From the NCBI GenBank assembly GCA_032161105.1, contig JAVHTD010000013.1: a stretch of 64,000 nucleotides of DNA, one strand, 5' to 3'. The translations under genes and the position numbers were made by a program. The notes under the pieces were generated by a model. The model saw only the letters and a list, made by a program, of their open reading frames with translations. It was not told the DNA's origin and did no database searches. Below, piece after piece: positions 30,402-39,420 of the stretch (its first letter is position 1; each line of letters begins with the position of its first letter). This DNA is from Candidatus Thermosaccharophagus tengchongensis (lineage in GTDB: Bacteria > Armatimonadota > Fervidibacteria > Fervidibacterales > Thermosaccharophagaceae).

Positions 30402-31502
30402 ATGAGTGAAATGGTCAAGCTAAGCAAAGTGATAAAGTGTCCACGAATTAACATCGCTCACTTGGCATCAATCACCGATGACACAGGTGTGCTTCAGCAC
30501 ACAAAATACGGCGTCCCAAATCCAAAGCACGGTTACACCACCGACGATAACGCAAGGGCATTGATCGTTGCGGTAAAGCATCACGAGCTAACGGGTGAGA
30601 GTGAATCACTGGAGTTAGCGCGCACATACTTGGCATTCCTTCAATGGATGCAGCGTGAGGATGGCTTATTCCACAACGAGGCAAGCTACGATAGACGCAT
30701 ACTTGATGATGTCGGTTCACTTGCATGTCAAGGGCGCGCAGTGTGGGCGCTCAGTTGGGTTGCCGTAAGCAAGCTCCCAATTGGGATGCGAATGACCGCC
30801 TTTGAAATGCTTCAACGAATGCCGCTCAGTTCCATCCCGCTTGATACATCAATCCATGTGCCATCGTTCATCATCTATGGTTTGACTGAGCTGAAGGAGA
30901 AGGCTGGTTCAAACAGCTTGGAAAAGATCGCAATGCAAAGCTCGCATGAGGTGGCGCTTGAAAATGCCATCACAGCGCTCCTTGACCTTTACAGACGAAA
31001 CTCATCCGATGATTGGAAGTGGTTCATTGACGAAATGACTTGGGGCATCGGAGCACCATGTGCTGCGCTATTTAGGGCATACAGGTTGCTTGGCGACGAG
31101 CAAATTTTGCGTGTGGCGATGAGCGCATACGAGTTCATGTGTGGCATTGTCTTTGAGGACGACATCTTTCAGCCCATCGGGTGCAAAGGGTGGTTCAAGA
31201 GGGGTGGCGAGCGAGCTTACTTTGACCAGCAACCAATAGATGCGATGTGGATGTTCCTTTCGGCATACGAGGCATACAGGTGTTTAGAACGCAGGATTGA
31301 CTTTCACAGGGCTTCGCTTGCGCTCGGCTGGTTCATTGGATACAATGTTCATGGCATTGAGCTTTACGATGAGCTAACTGGCGCATGCTATGATGGCTTG
31401 CACGAATTTGGCGTCAACATGAATCAAGGCGCTGAGGCGACCATCGCTGCCTTGCTCACATTCATCACTTTCTCCCAGCTCAACATGCGTCAAAATAAAT
31501 GA
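30402..31502 (+). CDS. Six-hairpin glycosidase-like domain protein (domain often fused C-terminally to this GT4 subfamily)
   Basis: HL..ITDDTGVLQH...VP...HGYTTDDNARAL, FDQQP, WF.G.N, CYDGL...VNMNQGAE. Confidence 0.75.
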   Translation: MSEMVKLSKVIKCPRINIAHLASITDDTGVLQHTKYGVPNPKHGYTTDDNARALIVAVKHHELTGESESLELARTYLAFLQWMQREDGLFHNEASYDRRILDDVGSLACQGRAVWALSWVAVSKLPIGMRMTAFEMLQRMPLSSIPLDTSIHVPSFIIYGLTELKEKAGSNSLEKIAMQSSHEVALENAITALLDLYRRNSSDDWKWFIDEMTWGIGAPCAALFRAYRLLGDEQILRVAMSAYEFMCGIVFEDDIFQPIGCKGWFKRGGERAYFDQQPIDAMWMFLSAYEAYRCLERRIDFHRASLALGWFIGYNVHGIELYDELTGACYDGLHEFGVNMNQGAEATIAALLTFITFSQLNMRQNK

Positions 31503-31521
31503 CGGGGCGTTACAAGGGGCA

Positions 31522-31917
31522 ATGCAGTGGGCAGGGTGGTCGCTGGTGAGCATGCACATCGCATGCTCATCAGAGGAAAGTCCGGACTCCATAGGGCAGC
31601 GCGCTGGGTAACTCCCAGTCCCCGTGAGGGGAGGAAAGTGCCACAGAAAACATACCGCCATGTGGTTAAGCGGCAGCTGCTAAAACTGTAACGCCCTCAG
31701 CTGCTGGCGTTGCCACATGGTAAGGGTGAAAAGGTGGGGTAAGAGCCCACCAGCAACGCCGTGAGGCGTTGGCTTGGCAAACCCCGCGCGGAGCAAGACC
31801 AAACAGGGGACGCTATCAGGTTGCCCGCCGATGTCCCCGGGTGGGTCGCTTAGAAAAATGACCACCACCGCCACCATGCTGTGGCGGGACAGAATCCGGC
31901 TTACATGCCCACTGCAT
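31522..31917 (+). ncRNA. rnpB: RNase P RNA, bacterial type A, lacking P18
   Basis: GAGGAAAGTCCGG, AGTGCCACAGAAA, GGGTGAAA, GGCAAACCC, GAGCAAG, ACAGAATCCGGCTTA; P1 ATGCAGTGGGCA pairs with TGCCCACTGCAT. Confidence 0.98.
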
Positions 31918-31966
31918 GCCCCATTTTACCCTCGCACTACACTATGCCAGTGTGAGCCCATCAGCG

Positions 31967-32385
31967 CTACCTCAATTTCACCCGCCACACTTTCGTTGTC
32001 TCATCCTTGCTTGCTGATGCCAGAAACTCACCAGACGGAGCAAAAGCCAACGCAAGCGACCAATTGCGCCCGCCCTCCTTCGTCAAAACCAGCTGCCAAT
32101 CATTAACCCGCCAAACCCTCAACCTATCATCCATGCTGCATGAGACGGCAAATTTGCCATCTGGACTAAACCCGACGGCACGAATTTCCCTTTGATGCCA
32201 TCCCTCTAAGCGCTTGACCAAACTTCGGCTAACAACATCCCAAACCGCCAAAGTCGCATCTTCGCTTCCAGAGAACAAAATCGCACCATTGGGATGAAAT
32301 GCCATCGCCGTAATTGCACCTTGATGGGCTTGCCATTTTACTATCGGCTCCGATTGAGCAACATTCAAAAGCCAGATTTGCCAAT
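31967..32385 (-). pseudogene. C-terminal remnant of a WD40-repeat protein (about 3 blades, 5' end truncated)
   Basis: AH..AITAMAFHPNG..LFSGSEDATLAVWD, GFSPDG..SCSMDD.LRVWR, AFAPSG..LASASKD.T.KVWR; no SD or start context, and the frame stops at the low-GC junction. Confidence 0.75.
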
Positions 32386-33014
32386 ATTAAAAGCTCAAGC
32401 ACAAAATATACCAATATGTATAGTTCCAAGAGGTTTTGGGGCATTCCAAAACTATTGGGTTTTATCAGGAAATAATCTCTATGCTTCATCTACAACTTGG
32501 AATGTTGGCATCGGGACAACGAATCCAGGGGCTAAGTTGGAAATTAATGCTACAGGTGTTTTGGTCCAGGAGGATGGTTGAAGGGGATTCATTTCACAAT
32601 CACTCAGCAATCACCATCAAAAATCCACAGGCTGGAAAAGGTGGGCTCTTATTTGGTTTACATGCATTAAATCAAAAGTTTTATTTTGGGCATTATAACC
32701 CAGATGATAGTTGGGATAAATATATGATGGTGATTGATGCAATTTCAGGCAATGTAGGTATAGGAACAGATAATCCTCAAGCTAAATTAGAGGTAGCTGG
32801 AGCAATAAGGTTAGCTCCTTCTTCTCAACCTTCTAATCCTCAAGAAGGTATGATGTATTATGATAGTAGTTTGCATAAGTTTATGTGTGCAACAGACAAA
32901 GGTTGGCAAGATTGTGGAGGAGCTGGAGAAGTAGCCGGGGGAGAACTAACAGTACCAGTTAAAATTTGGGATTCAAATAAAACTCGTTTAGTTTTAGAAA
33001 TTACAGAAGAATAA
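32386..33014 (+). pseudogene. Frameshifted 3' fragment of a GNVGIGT-repeat (tail-fibre/CPR-style) protein
   Basis: Frame A: YWVLSGNNLYASSTTWNVGIGTTNPGAKLEI; frame B: SGNVGIGTDNPQAKLEVAGAIRL...EGMMYYDS...GWQDC; no start codon or SD. Confidence 0.75.
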
Positions 33015-33015
33015 G

Positions 33016-33045
33016 AAAAATCAGCCCCCTTTATTAGGGGGCTGA
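33016..33045 (-). terminator. Rho-independent terminator between convergent island genes
   Basis: TCAGCCCCCT-ttatt-AGGGGGCTGA 10-bp stem followed by T5 on the minus strand. Confidence 0.85.
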
Positions 33046-33058
33046 AGAGAAAATTGCC

Positions 33059-34324
33059 CTATAAGGGATCTCCAGGTTGATGCGCATATAAGAGATGAAT
33101 AGCTTTCTGCATGAATGGGTGAATGTATGGTCTAGGAGAGGCATCGAGGAAACTACCATTTTTGGTATGATACGCGTTATTGGCTGGTATTAGCAACACA
33201 TGTCCAAGCTCATGGGCAACTATTAGAGCTTTGAGTTCGTTAGCCGACGTTAACCAGCCGCGATAGAGAGCTACAAGGCCAATTCCTACTTTGTAGTTAG
33301 GATCTTCGTACACGTAAAACTTCCATGCCTTAGCATAACTAGTGGTATCTACGGTCTCCAGCCGGAGCAGGATAGAACCATAGTCTTCAGGGGCCCTTAG
33401 GTCATCCTTTTGCGTTATTTCAACTACAAAGCTTAATCCTGTATATCTAGTCCAGAAGTCAACTCCCTGTCGGATAGTTTCTAAATACGGCTCTAGCGCT
33501 CTATTGACCAAGACTTTGATTGGCTTACTAGGCGGTCCGTCACTTAAAGACATAAATCTGACTACTCTCCCGTTTACAGTTGCATACTTAAGCAGAAAAT
33601 CTCGAGCCAACCTTTCGAGCTCTGCAGGATCATGAATTAACTCCAGCTCGCTGCTGCCTACATTTCCTTGTGAATCCACTGCCTCCACTCTCACCCATTT
33701 TCTGCCTGGACTTCCGAACTTCTCTAAGTCAACCTCAAACTGCCCACCATTAAATGGCCACTCCTGCAATATTGTTCCTTGGTCAGTTACACGAAGCTTT
33801 GCAATCGGATAACTACCAGGATATGCTTCTCCCACAATTTTTAGCTTTGTGCCATTTCCTACAGTTCGGACATCTTCTGGCCAATCAGCAGGATACCTTA
33901 GATAGACCTTTGGAGGTTCAACAGAAGGAGAAGGGATTACACGAATTTGTGTCTGACCACTAAACCTGATGTTGTTTCTCACTGCTACAAAGCTAATGGT
34001 GTATACAACCTCGTTACTGACTTGGAAGCTTACTTGCCAGTGCCTGGAATCATTCAGTTTCTTGAAGGTGATGGATGGCTCTGTTGGCTGGTAGCTCCAG
34101 CTTACATCTGCTTCAGCTAAAATTTGATCCTTCACAGAATCACCGGTTGTAAGCTCAAGGTTAGCTACATCTCCACTTTTGGCTTCGCTTGGTCCGATGA
34201 TGGACGTAATTACATCAGAAGGCTGGCTCGGTGGATTGCTTGGAGGTAGTAGAGGTCCTTTTCCTCCACCTCCGCACCCTCCTATTGTTAGAATCACAGC
34301 AAGTAGCAACAGATGCCTTTTCAC
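33059..34324 (-). CDS. Lipoprotein with Ig-like domains and a C-terminal zincin (HExxH) metalloprotease domain
   Basis: MKRHLLLLAVILTIGG-C lipobox, Pro-rich linker, VRVEAVDSQGN Ig motif, VAHELGHVL...H; SD GGAGGTG. Confidence 0.75.
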   Translation of the reverse strand: MKRHLLLLAVILTIGGCGGGGKGPLLPPSNPPSQPSDVITSIIGPSEAKSGDVANLELTTGDSVKDQILAEADVSWSYQPTEPSITFKKLNDSRHWQVSFQVSNEVVYTISFVAVRNNIRFSGQTQIRVIPSPSVEPPKVYLRYPADWPEDVRTVGNGTKLKIVGEAYPGSYPIAKLRVTDQGTILQEWPFNGGQFEVDLEKFGSPGRKWVRVEAVDSQGNVGSSELELIHDPAELERLARDFLLKYATVNGRVVRFMSLSDGPPSKPIKVLVNRALEPYLETIRQGVDFWTRYTGLSFVVEITQKDDLRAPEDYGSILLRLETVDTTSYAKAWKFYVYEDPNYKVGIGLVALYRGWLTSANELKALIVAHELGHVLLIPANNAYHTKNGSFLDASPRPYIHPFMQKAIHLLYAHQPGDPL

Positions 34325-34367
34325 AGCTTTTCACCTCCCTTTGGTTTTGTTTTAGTGCACTACTTAA

Positions 34368-34376
34368 ATTATAACA
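34368..34376 (-). promoter_or_regulatory. Extended -10 promoter for the island lipoprotein gene
   Basis: TGTTATAAT on the minus strand, about 45 bp upstream of the GTG start. Confidence 0.6.
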
Positions 34377-35226
34377 CTAAGGGAATTTGATTTTGTCATC
34401 ACTCCCTGAAGCCAAAATTTGTCCGTCTGGGGAAAAGGAAACGGAGCTCACCAAATCTGTATGCCCCATAAGTGTTCTAATAAGGCTTCCGTCTGATACT
34501 CGCCATAGTGGGTGAAACACTATTGCTGATGCCTGCCATATTGCTCTCACTTTCCCGATCGCCTTCGTCAGTGTAGAGGCTTTTAGTGGTATGGTTGGTC
34601 TCGGTATAGGCTTGGGTTGCACCTTACCTTGTATTGCCCTCCAAAACTCGTCCACACTATCAAACCGATGGTTAGGGTCAAACCTCATTGCCACTTCAAT
34701 GGCTTGCCAAGCAGCATCGGGGGGCATCAGCAGGTTTAGGGGGCAATGTCAGTTCACCATTTCGGAATTTCTCCATGCGAGTGAACGCATCATCGGGTAT
34801 TTGTCCTGTAAGTGCGAAGACCATTGTGGCTGCCAAAGCATATTGGTCGGCACGAGCATTAACTTCAACCCCGCTTTGATACTGCTCAGGTGGCGAATAG
34901 CCATCCGTCCATGCGACAATGGAGCTTGACCTTGGTCGGTTCGGGTCAACGGCTTCCAAAACCTTCGCAACACCAAAGTCAACGAGATGGTTTTCCTTGA
35001 TGGCGACAAGTCCGTTAGTTTGCAAATCGGTTGCCCGATACACTGCGCCAAAACCGCCACTGCCACGAATGCCATCAATTCGGTATCGCCCTTGCAAAAC
35101 CGTTCCACGACCGAGAAGTTGCCTTTGAGGAGTCCCACACTTGGGGCAGTTGTTTGCCGACAGCGAAACATCAGCACCGCACTTTGGGTTTGGGCAAAGT
35201 TGAATGTTTGAGGCTTGAACCGTCAT
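34377..35226 (-). pseudogene. Decayed zinc-ribbon/Ser-Thr kinase/WD40 gene (internal deletion, frameshift, truncation)
   Basis: CPNPKC..CPKC, GSGGFGAVY, VAIKENH joined directly to LVDFG (subdomains III-VIb absent), YSPPEQ; frameshift at the G6 run 34719-34724; a single WD40 repeat ([24 protein letters not shown]) cut by a stop. Confidence 0.85.
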
Positions 35227-35365
35227 CCTCTCACCCCAACTTCGGTGAACCAACATCTTCACCAACGACTTTACCCGCACCGATACAGCGATGCGCCACC
35301 CACAATTGACCTCTTCGCCAATCCTGCTGCATTTGGTGCAGCTCAAGATTTCTCCCGCGCTCGCA

Positions 35366-37663
35366 TCACTCAATCTTCCTCAAAGGCGCATATTCAAGTG
35401 CGAGGCATTTTTCGCCGATGGTTGGTTCGTCAAAGACGATGTAAGCTTGCGCTCTCCTCCCGACTCGCTCAACCATCCTTACAGTGCCTGTGCCAAATTT
35501 GGCGTGAATGACCCTGTCACCAGGTTTGAGGTCAATCAATGTCTCACTTTCTTCGTGCTCATCCAGTGAGGTGGCAGTCAATCTGGGCTCGCTTTCCGAT
35601 TCGCGTTTGTGCCTGTCAAGCAAGTCCCGAATGTTGAACACCACTGATCGCCACGGGCGCATCACCGTGGTTGGCTGGAAAGTCCTTATAAAGCCGCTCA
35701 TTGTCGGCTCACCATAAATGCGATGCATTAGCTCATTCGGTATCTCGCCAATGAATCGTGATGGGGCTTGCGTATAGTGCAAATAGCCGTCATAGCCCCT
35801 TCTCATGCGCTTTGCGGCGTGCGTCAGTATGACCAAGTCCTTTGCCCTCGTCAGTGCGACATAGAACAGGCGCCTTTCCTCCTCAAACTCCTCGTCGCTA
35901 TTCATGCTTCTGAAGTGTGGGAATAAACCTTCCTCAAGCCCGACGACGAAGACAACTGGAAACTCAAGTCCTTTGGCACTGTGCACAGTCAGCAATGTGA
36001 CTGCGTCGCCATCCCAAGATGCCTCATCCTGCGGCGTCAAAAGGGCGATTTGCTCAAGGAAGGGTTGCAATGCCTTTGAGGCTGGCTCATCATCAAATGC
36101 CCTCTTTGCCGCCATCATGAGCTGTTCAATGTTTGCAAGCCTTTCCAATGCCTGCAATTCGCCCTCGGCTTTGAGCATCTCGCCATAGCCGCTTTCGTCA
36201 ATGATGAGCTCAATCAACTTCGGTATGCTCACCTTGCTCATTTGCTCCCTCCACCTGATGACCAAACGCCTGAAGTTGAGCACGGCTTTAAGCTCCCTTT
36301 CCCTGAGCGACGATATCCCGCCTTCAAAGATAAGCCCTCCAATTGACAGCCCCTTTGATTGCGCCTCCGCCCTCAGATTGCGCAATGTCATTTCGCCGAT
36401 GCCCCTCGGCGGAAGGTTGATTACCCTGAGCAGGCTGATTTCGTCATCGCTGTTGATTAGCAGGCGCATGAATGCGACCATGTCCTTAATCTCTCGGCGC
36501 TCGTAGAAGCGCACCGCACCAACAACACGGTGCGGTATGCCAAAGTGCAAGAAGGCTTCCTCAAATGGGCGTGACTGCGCATTCACACGATACATCACGG
36601 CGAAATCACAATAGCGCCTCCTATCCTGTGAGATGAGCTCACGAATCATGTTCGCCACAAAGAGGGCTTCCTTGTCCTCGTCCGATGCCTCATACACGAG
36701 TATTGGCAGTCCGCCCTCCCTCACCGTCCTTAGGCGCTTCTCATGCCTGTAGCGGTTGTTCTTTATGACATGGTAGGCTGCATCCAATATCACGCCCGTT
36801 GAGCGGTAGTTCCTCTCAAGGGTTATCACCTTGGCATCGTGGAACCTGTCTTTGAGCTCAAGTATGAACTTGACGCTCGCCTTCCTCCAACCGTATATCG
36901 CTTGGTCATCATCGCCGACGACGAAAATGTTTCGGTGCCATCTTGCGAGGGCGCAAGCAAGCTCATGCTGGAGGTAGTTCACATCCTGATACTCGTCCAC
37001 ATGGATGTATTGGAACCGCTCGCTGTATTGCCGCCAAAGGCTTTCGTTCTCCCAAAGCATGCGCAACGCATAGAGCAACAGGTCATCAAAGTCAACGGCA
37101 TTTGATGAGCGCAGTGTCCTCTCATACTGCTCATAGATGGTTGCGACGGTTTTCTCAAAAGGTGTCTTTGCAACCTCGGCATAATCTTCGTGTGAGAGCA
37201 TGTCCACCTTGGCGCTGCTTATCGCCGCCTGTATCGCATTCGGGCTATACATGTCGCTGCCCATCCCGAGCTCCCGCATTATTCGCTTTATGAGCGCGAT
37301 TTGATCATCCTCATCAAAGATGACGAAGTTGGGCTTCAAGCCAACAGAGCTGCCGTGCATCCTGAGCATGCGTGCGCATATTGCGTGGAATGTCCCTATC
37401 CACATCTGCTCGCATGCTCTCCCGATGAGGCGCTCAAGGCGCTCTCGCATCTCATTTGCGGCTTTGTTCGTGAAGGTCACAGCCATGATGAAAGACGGTG
37501 GGACGCCCTTGCACCCAACAAGGTATGCAACCCTGTATGTCAGCACCCTCGTCTTGCCGCTGCCCGCACCAGCAAAGACGATGACCGGCCCTTCGGTCTC
37601 CATAACTGCCATGCGCTGTTGCTCATCAAGTTGCTCAATCAGGTGTGAGGGATTGAAGCGCAT
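35366..37663 (-). CDS. pcrA: ATP-dependent DNA helicase PcrA/UvrD
   Basis: AGAGSGKT, TFTNKAA, VDEYQD, VGDDDQAIY, NYRS, HSAKGLEF, EERRLFYVALTRA, C-terminal Tudor-like domain (GDRVIHAKFGTG). Confidence 0.96.
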   Translation of the reverse strand: MRFNPSHLIEQLDEQQRMAVMETEGPVIVFAGAGSGKTRVLTYRVAYLVGCKGVPPSFIMAVTFTNKAANEMRERLERLIGRACEQMWIGTFHAICARMLRMHGSSVGLKPNFVIFDEDDQIALIKRIMRELGMGSDMYSPNAIQAAISSAKVDMLSHEDYAEVAKTPFEKTVATIYEQYERTLRSSNAVDFDDLLLYALRMLWENESLWRQYSERFQYIHVDEYQDVNYLQHELACALARWHRNIFVVGDDDQAIYGWRKASVKFILELKDRFHDAKVITLERNYRSTGVILDAAYHVIKNNRYRHEKRLRTVREGGLPILVYEASDEDKEALFVANMIRELISQDRRRYCDFAVMYRVNAQSRPFEEAFLHFGIPHRVVGAVRFYERREIKDMVAFMRLLINSDDEISLLRVINLPPRGIGEMTLRNLRAEAQSKGLSIGGLIFEGGISSLRERELKAVLNFRRLVIRWREQMSKVSIPKLIELIIDESGYGEMLKAEGELQALERLANIEQLMMAAKRAFDDEPASKALQPFLEQIALLTPQDEASWDGDAVTLLTVHSAKGLEFPVVFVVGLEEGLFPHFRSMNSDEEFEEERRLFYVALTRAKDLVILTHAAKRMRRGYDGYLHYTQAPSRFIGEIPNELMHRIYGEPTMSGFIRTFQPTTVMRPWRSVVFNIRDLLDRHKRESESEPRLTATSLDEHEESETLIDLKPGDRVIHAKFGTGTVRMVERVGRRAQAYIVFDEPTIGEKCLALEYAPLRKIE

Positions 37664-37710
37664 CTGCTAAATCACCCTGAACCACATCAATCCGATAGAG
37701 CAAATGTGGA

Positions 37711-39351
37711 CTACGGTGCAACTGTATGCCTGACTTTGAACATGCTGTGGCTCTTCTCAAGCGCCGCAGCTATGAAGTCCCTGAACAGCGGGTGTGCTCT
37801 GTTGGGGCGCGATTTGAATTCGGGATGAAACTGCGTTGCCACAAACCAAGGGTGGTCTCTAAGTTCAATTATCTCAACGAGCCTGCCATCCGGAGACAGC
37901 CCGCTGAAGACCATCCCGTGCTTTTCAAGCAAGTCGCAATATCTCGGGTTGACCTCATATCTGTGCCTATGGCGCTCATAAACGCAATCGGCTTTATACG
38001 CCTCGTAGGCTTTCGTGCCCGGTTGAATGACGCAAGGATAAGCTCCAAGGCGCATTGTCCCACCAAGCCTTGTAACCTTCTGCTGTTCCTCAAGCAGGTC
38101 AATCACTGGGTGCTCACATGTCTTATCAAACTCACTGCTGTTTGCGCCCTTAAGACCGCACACATCCCTTGCAAATTCAATCACGGCGCACTGGAGTCCA
38201 AGGCAAAGCCCCAAAAACGGTATCTCCCTCTCACGGGCATACTTTATTGCCGTAACCTTCCCTTCAATCCCCCTATATCCGAAGCCGCCGGGAACGACTA
38301 TGCCGCTCACATCCCCAAGCAGCGATTCAACATTGTCATCGGTGAGCTGCTCAGAGTCAACCCACTTTATCTCAACGCGGCACCTGTTTGCGTATCCACC
38401 GTGCTTTATCGCCTCAGCAACGCTTATGTATGCGTCATGAAGCTGCACATATTTTCCGACGAGAGCCACACGGCACGAGTGCAATGGCTCCTTCATCGCC
38501 TTAACCATGTCACGCCACTCCGAAAGGTCCGGCTCCCTATCTGGCAGGTTGAGCCGCTCAACAGTTAGCCTGCCAAGCCCCTGCTCCTCAAATGTCAAGG
38601 GCAGCTCGTAAATTTGGTCCGTGTCAAGCCCCTCAATTATTGCCTCAAGTGGGACTTCGCAAAAGAGGGCAACCTTCCGCCTCATCTCCTCAGTGAGCGG
38701 CAGCTTGCTCCTGCAGATGAGCACATCAGGCTGTATTCCGATGCTGCGCAGTTCCCTCACGCTATGCTGTGTCGGCTTCGTCTTCATCTCGTTCCTCGGT
38801 CCGACATATGGTATGAGCGTGACATGAACATACATCACATTATCAAAGCCCTCGTCAATCTTGAACTGCCTCGCAGCCTCAAGGAATGGCATCCCCTCTA
38901 TGTCCCCGACTGTCCCACCAATCTCAACAATCGCCACATCGGCATCGTAGTCATCGGCAAGTGAGCGTATCCTGTCCTTGATCTCATCCGTGACATGCGG
39001 GATGACTTGAACCGTTTGACCGAGATACTCCCCCCTCCTCTCCTTCTCAATCACAGCGCCGTAGATTGTGCCAGTTGTGATGTTCGCCTTTCTCGTCAAG
39101 TTGATGTCAACGAAGCGCTCATAGTGCCCCAAGTCCAAATCAGTCTCAGCACCATCTTCGGTGACGAAGACTTCGCCATGTTGATACGGATTCATCGTCC
39201 CGGCATCCACATTCAGGTATGGGTCAATCTTTTGCAGCGAGACCTTAAAGCCACGAGCTTTGAGAAGCCTGCCAAGGCATGCAGTCGTTATTCCCTTACC
39301 GATTGAGGAAACGACGCCGCCAGTAACGAACACATATTTCCTTCGCCTCAT
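37711..39351 (-). CDS. pyrG: CTP synthase
   Basis: [43 protein letters not shown]. Confidence 0.98.
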   Translation of the reverse strand: MRRRKYVFVTGGVVSSIGKGITTACLGRLLKARGFKVSLQKIDPYLNVDAGTMNPYQHGEVFVTEDGAETDLDLGHYERFVDINLTRKANITTGTIYGAVIEKERRGEYLGQTVQVIPHVTDEIKDRIRSLADDYDADVAIVEIGGTVGDIEGMPFLEAARQFKIDEGFDNVMYVHVTLIPYVGPRNEMKTKPTQHSVRELRSIGIQPDVLICRSKLPLTEEMRRKVALFCEVPLEAIIEGLDTDQIYELPLTFEEQGLGRLTVERLNLPDREPDLSEWRDMVKAMKEPLHSCRVALVGKYVQLHDAYISVAEAIKHGGYANRCRVEIKWVDSEQLTDDNVESLLGDVSGIVVPGGFGYRGIEGKVTAIKYAREREIPFLGLCLGLQCAVIEFARDVCGLKGANSSEFDKTCEHPVIDLLEEQQKVTRLGGTMRLGAYPCVIQPGTKAYEAYKADCVYERHRHRYEVNPRYCDLLEKHGMVFSGLSPDGRLVEIIELRDHPWFVATQFHPEFKSRPNRAHPLFRDFIAAALEKSHSMFKVRHTVAP

Positions 39352-39420
39352 CTCCGCTCACCCTCTTTGAGACCACTCCATTGAGTGTGAGTTTGCGACA
39401 GCGCTATCGGCACTCAAAAA

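Larger units (their letters stand above)
32386..34380. mobile_element. Low-GC horizontally acquired block with no mobility gene
   Basis: Abrupt shift to AT-rich sequence, many host-avoided palindromes (CTAG, TCGA, ACGT, GTAC), and WD40 reading frames broken at both edges. Confidence 0.7.

Noticed and set aside
31680..32106. Short ORFs overlapping rnpB
   Set aside because: Fully explained by the RNase P RNA structure and the antisense WD40 remnant
32570..32585. TGA read-through (genetic code 25 or selenocysteine) at the end of ORF 32294-32581
   Set aside because: The homologous sequence continues in a different frame, so a frameshift explains it; TGA is used as a normal stop throughout the window
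31880..35370. Prophage or integrative element using the rnpB 3' end as attB
   Set aside because: No duplicated rnpB end, integrase or phage structural genes seen
37726..38568. 280-aa ORF antisense to pyrG and similar long shadow ORFs (22788-23483, 39605-40237, 51359-52006, 19110-19775)
   Set aside because: They lie opposite well-conserved genes, have no recognisable motifs, and are expected from codon bias
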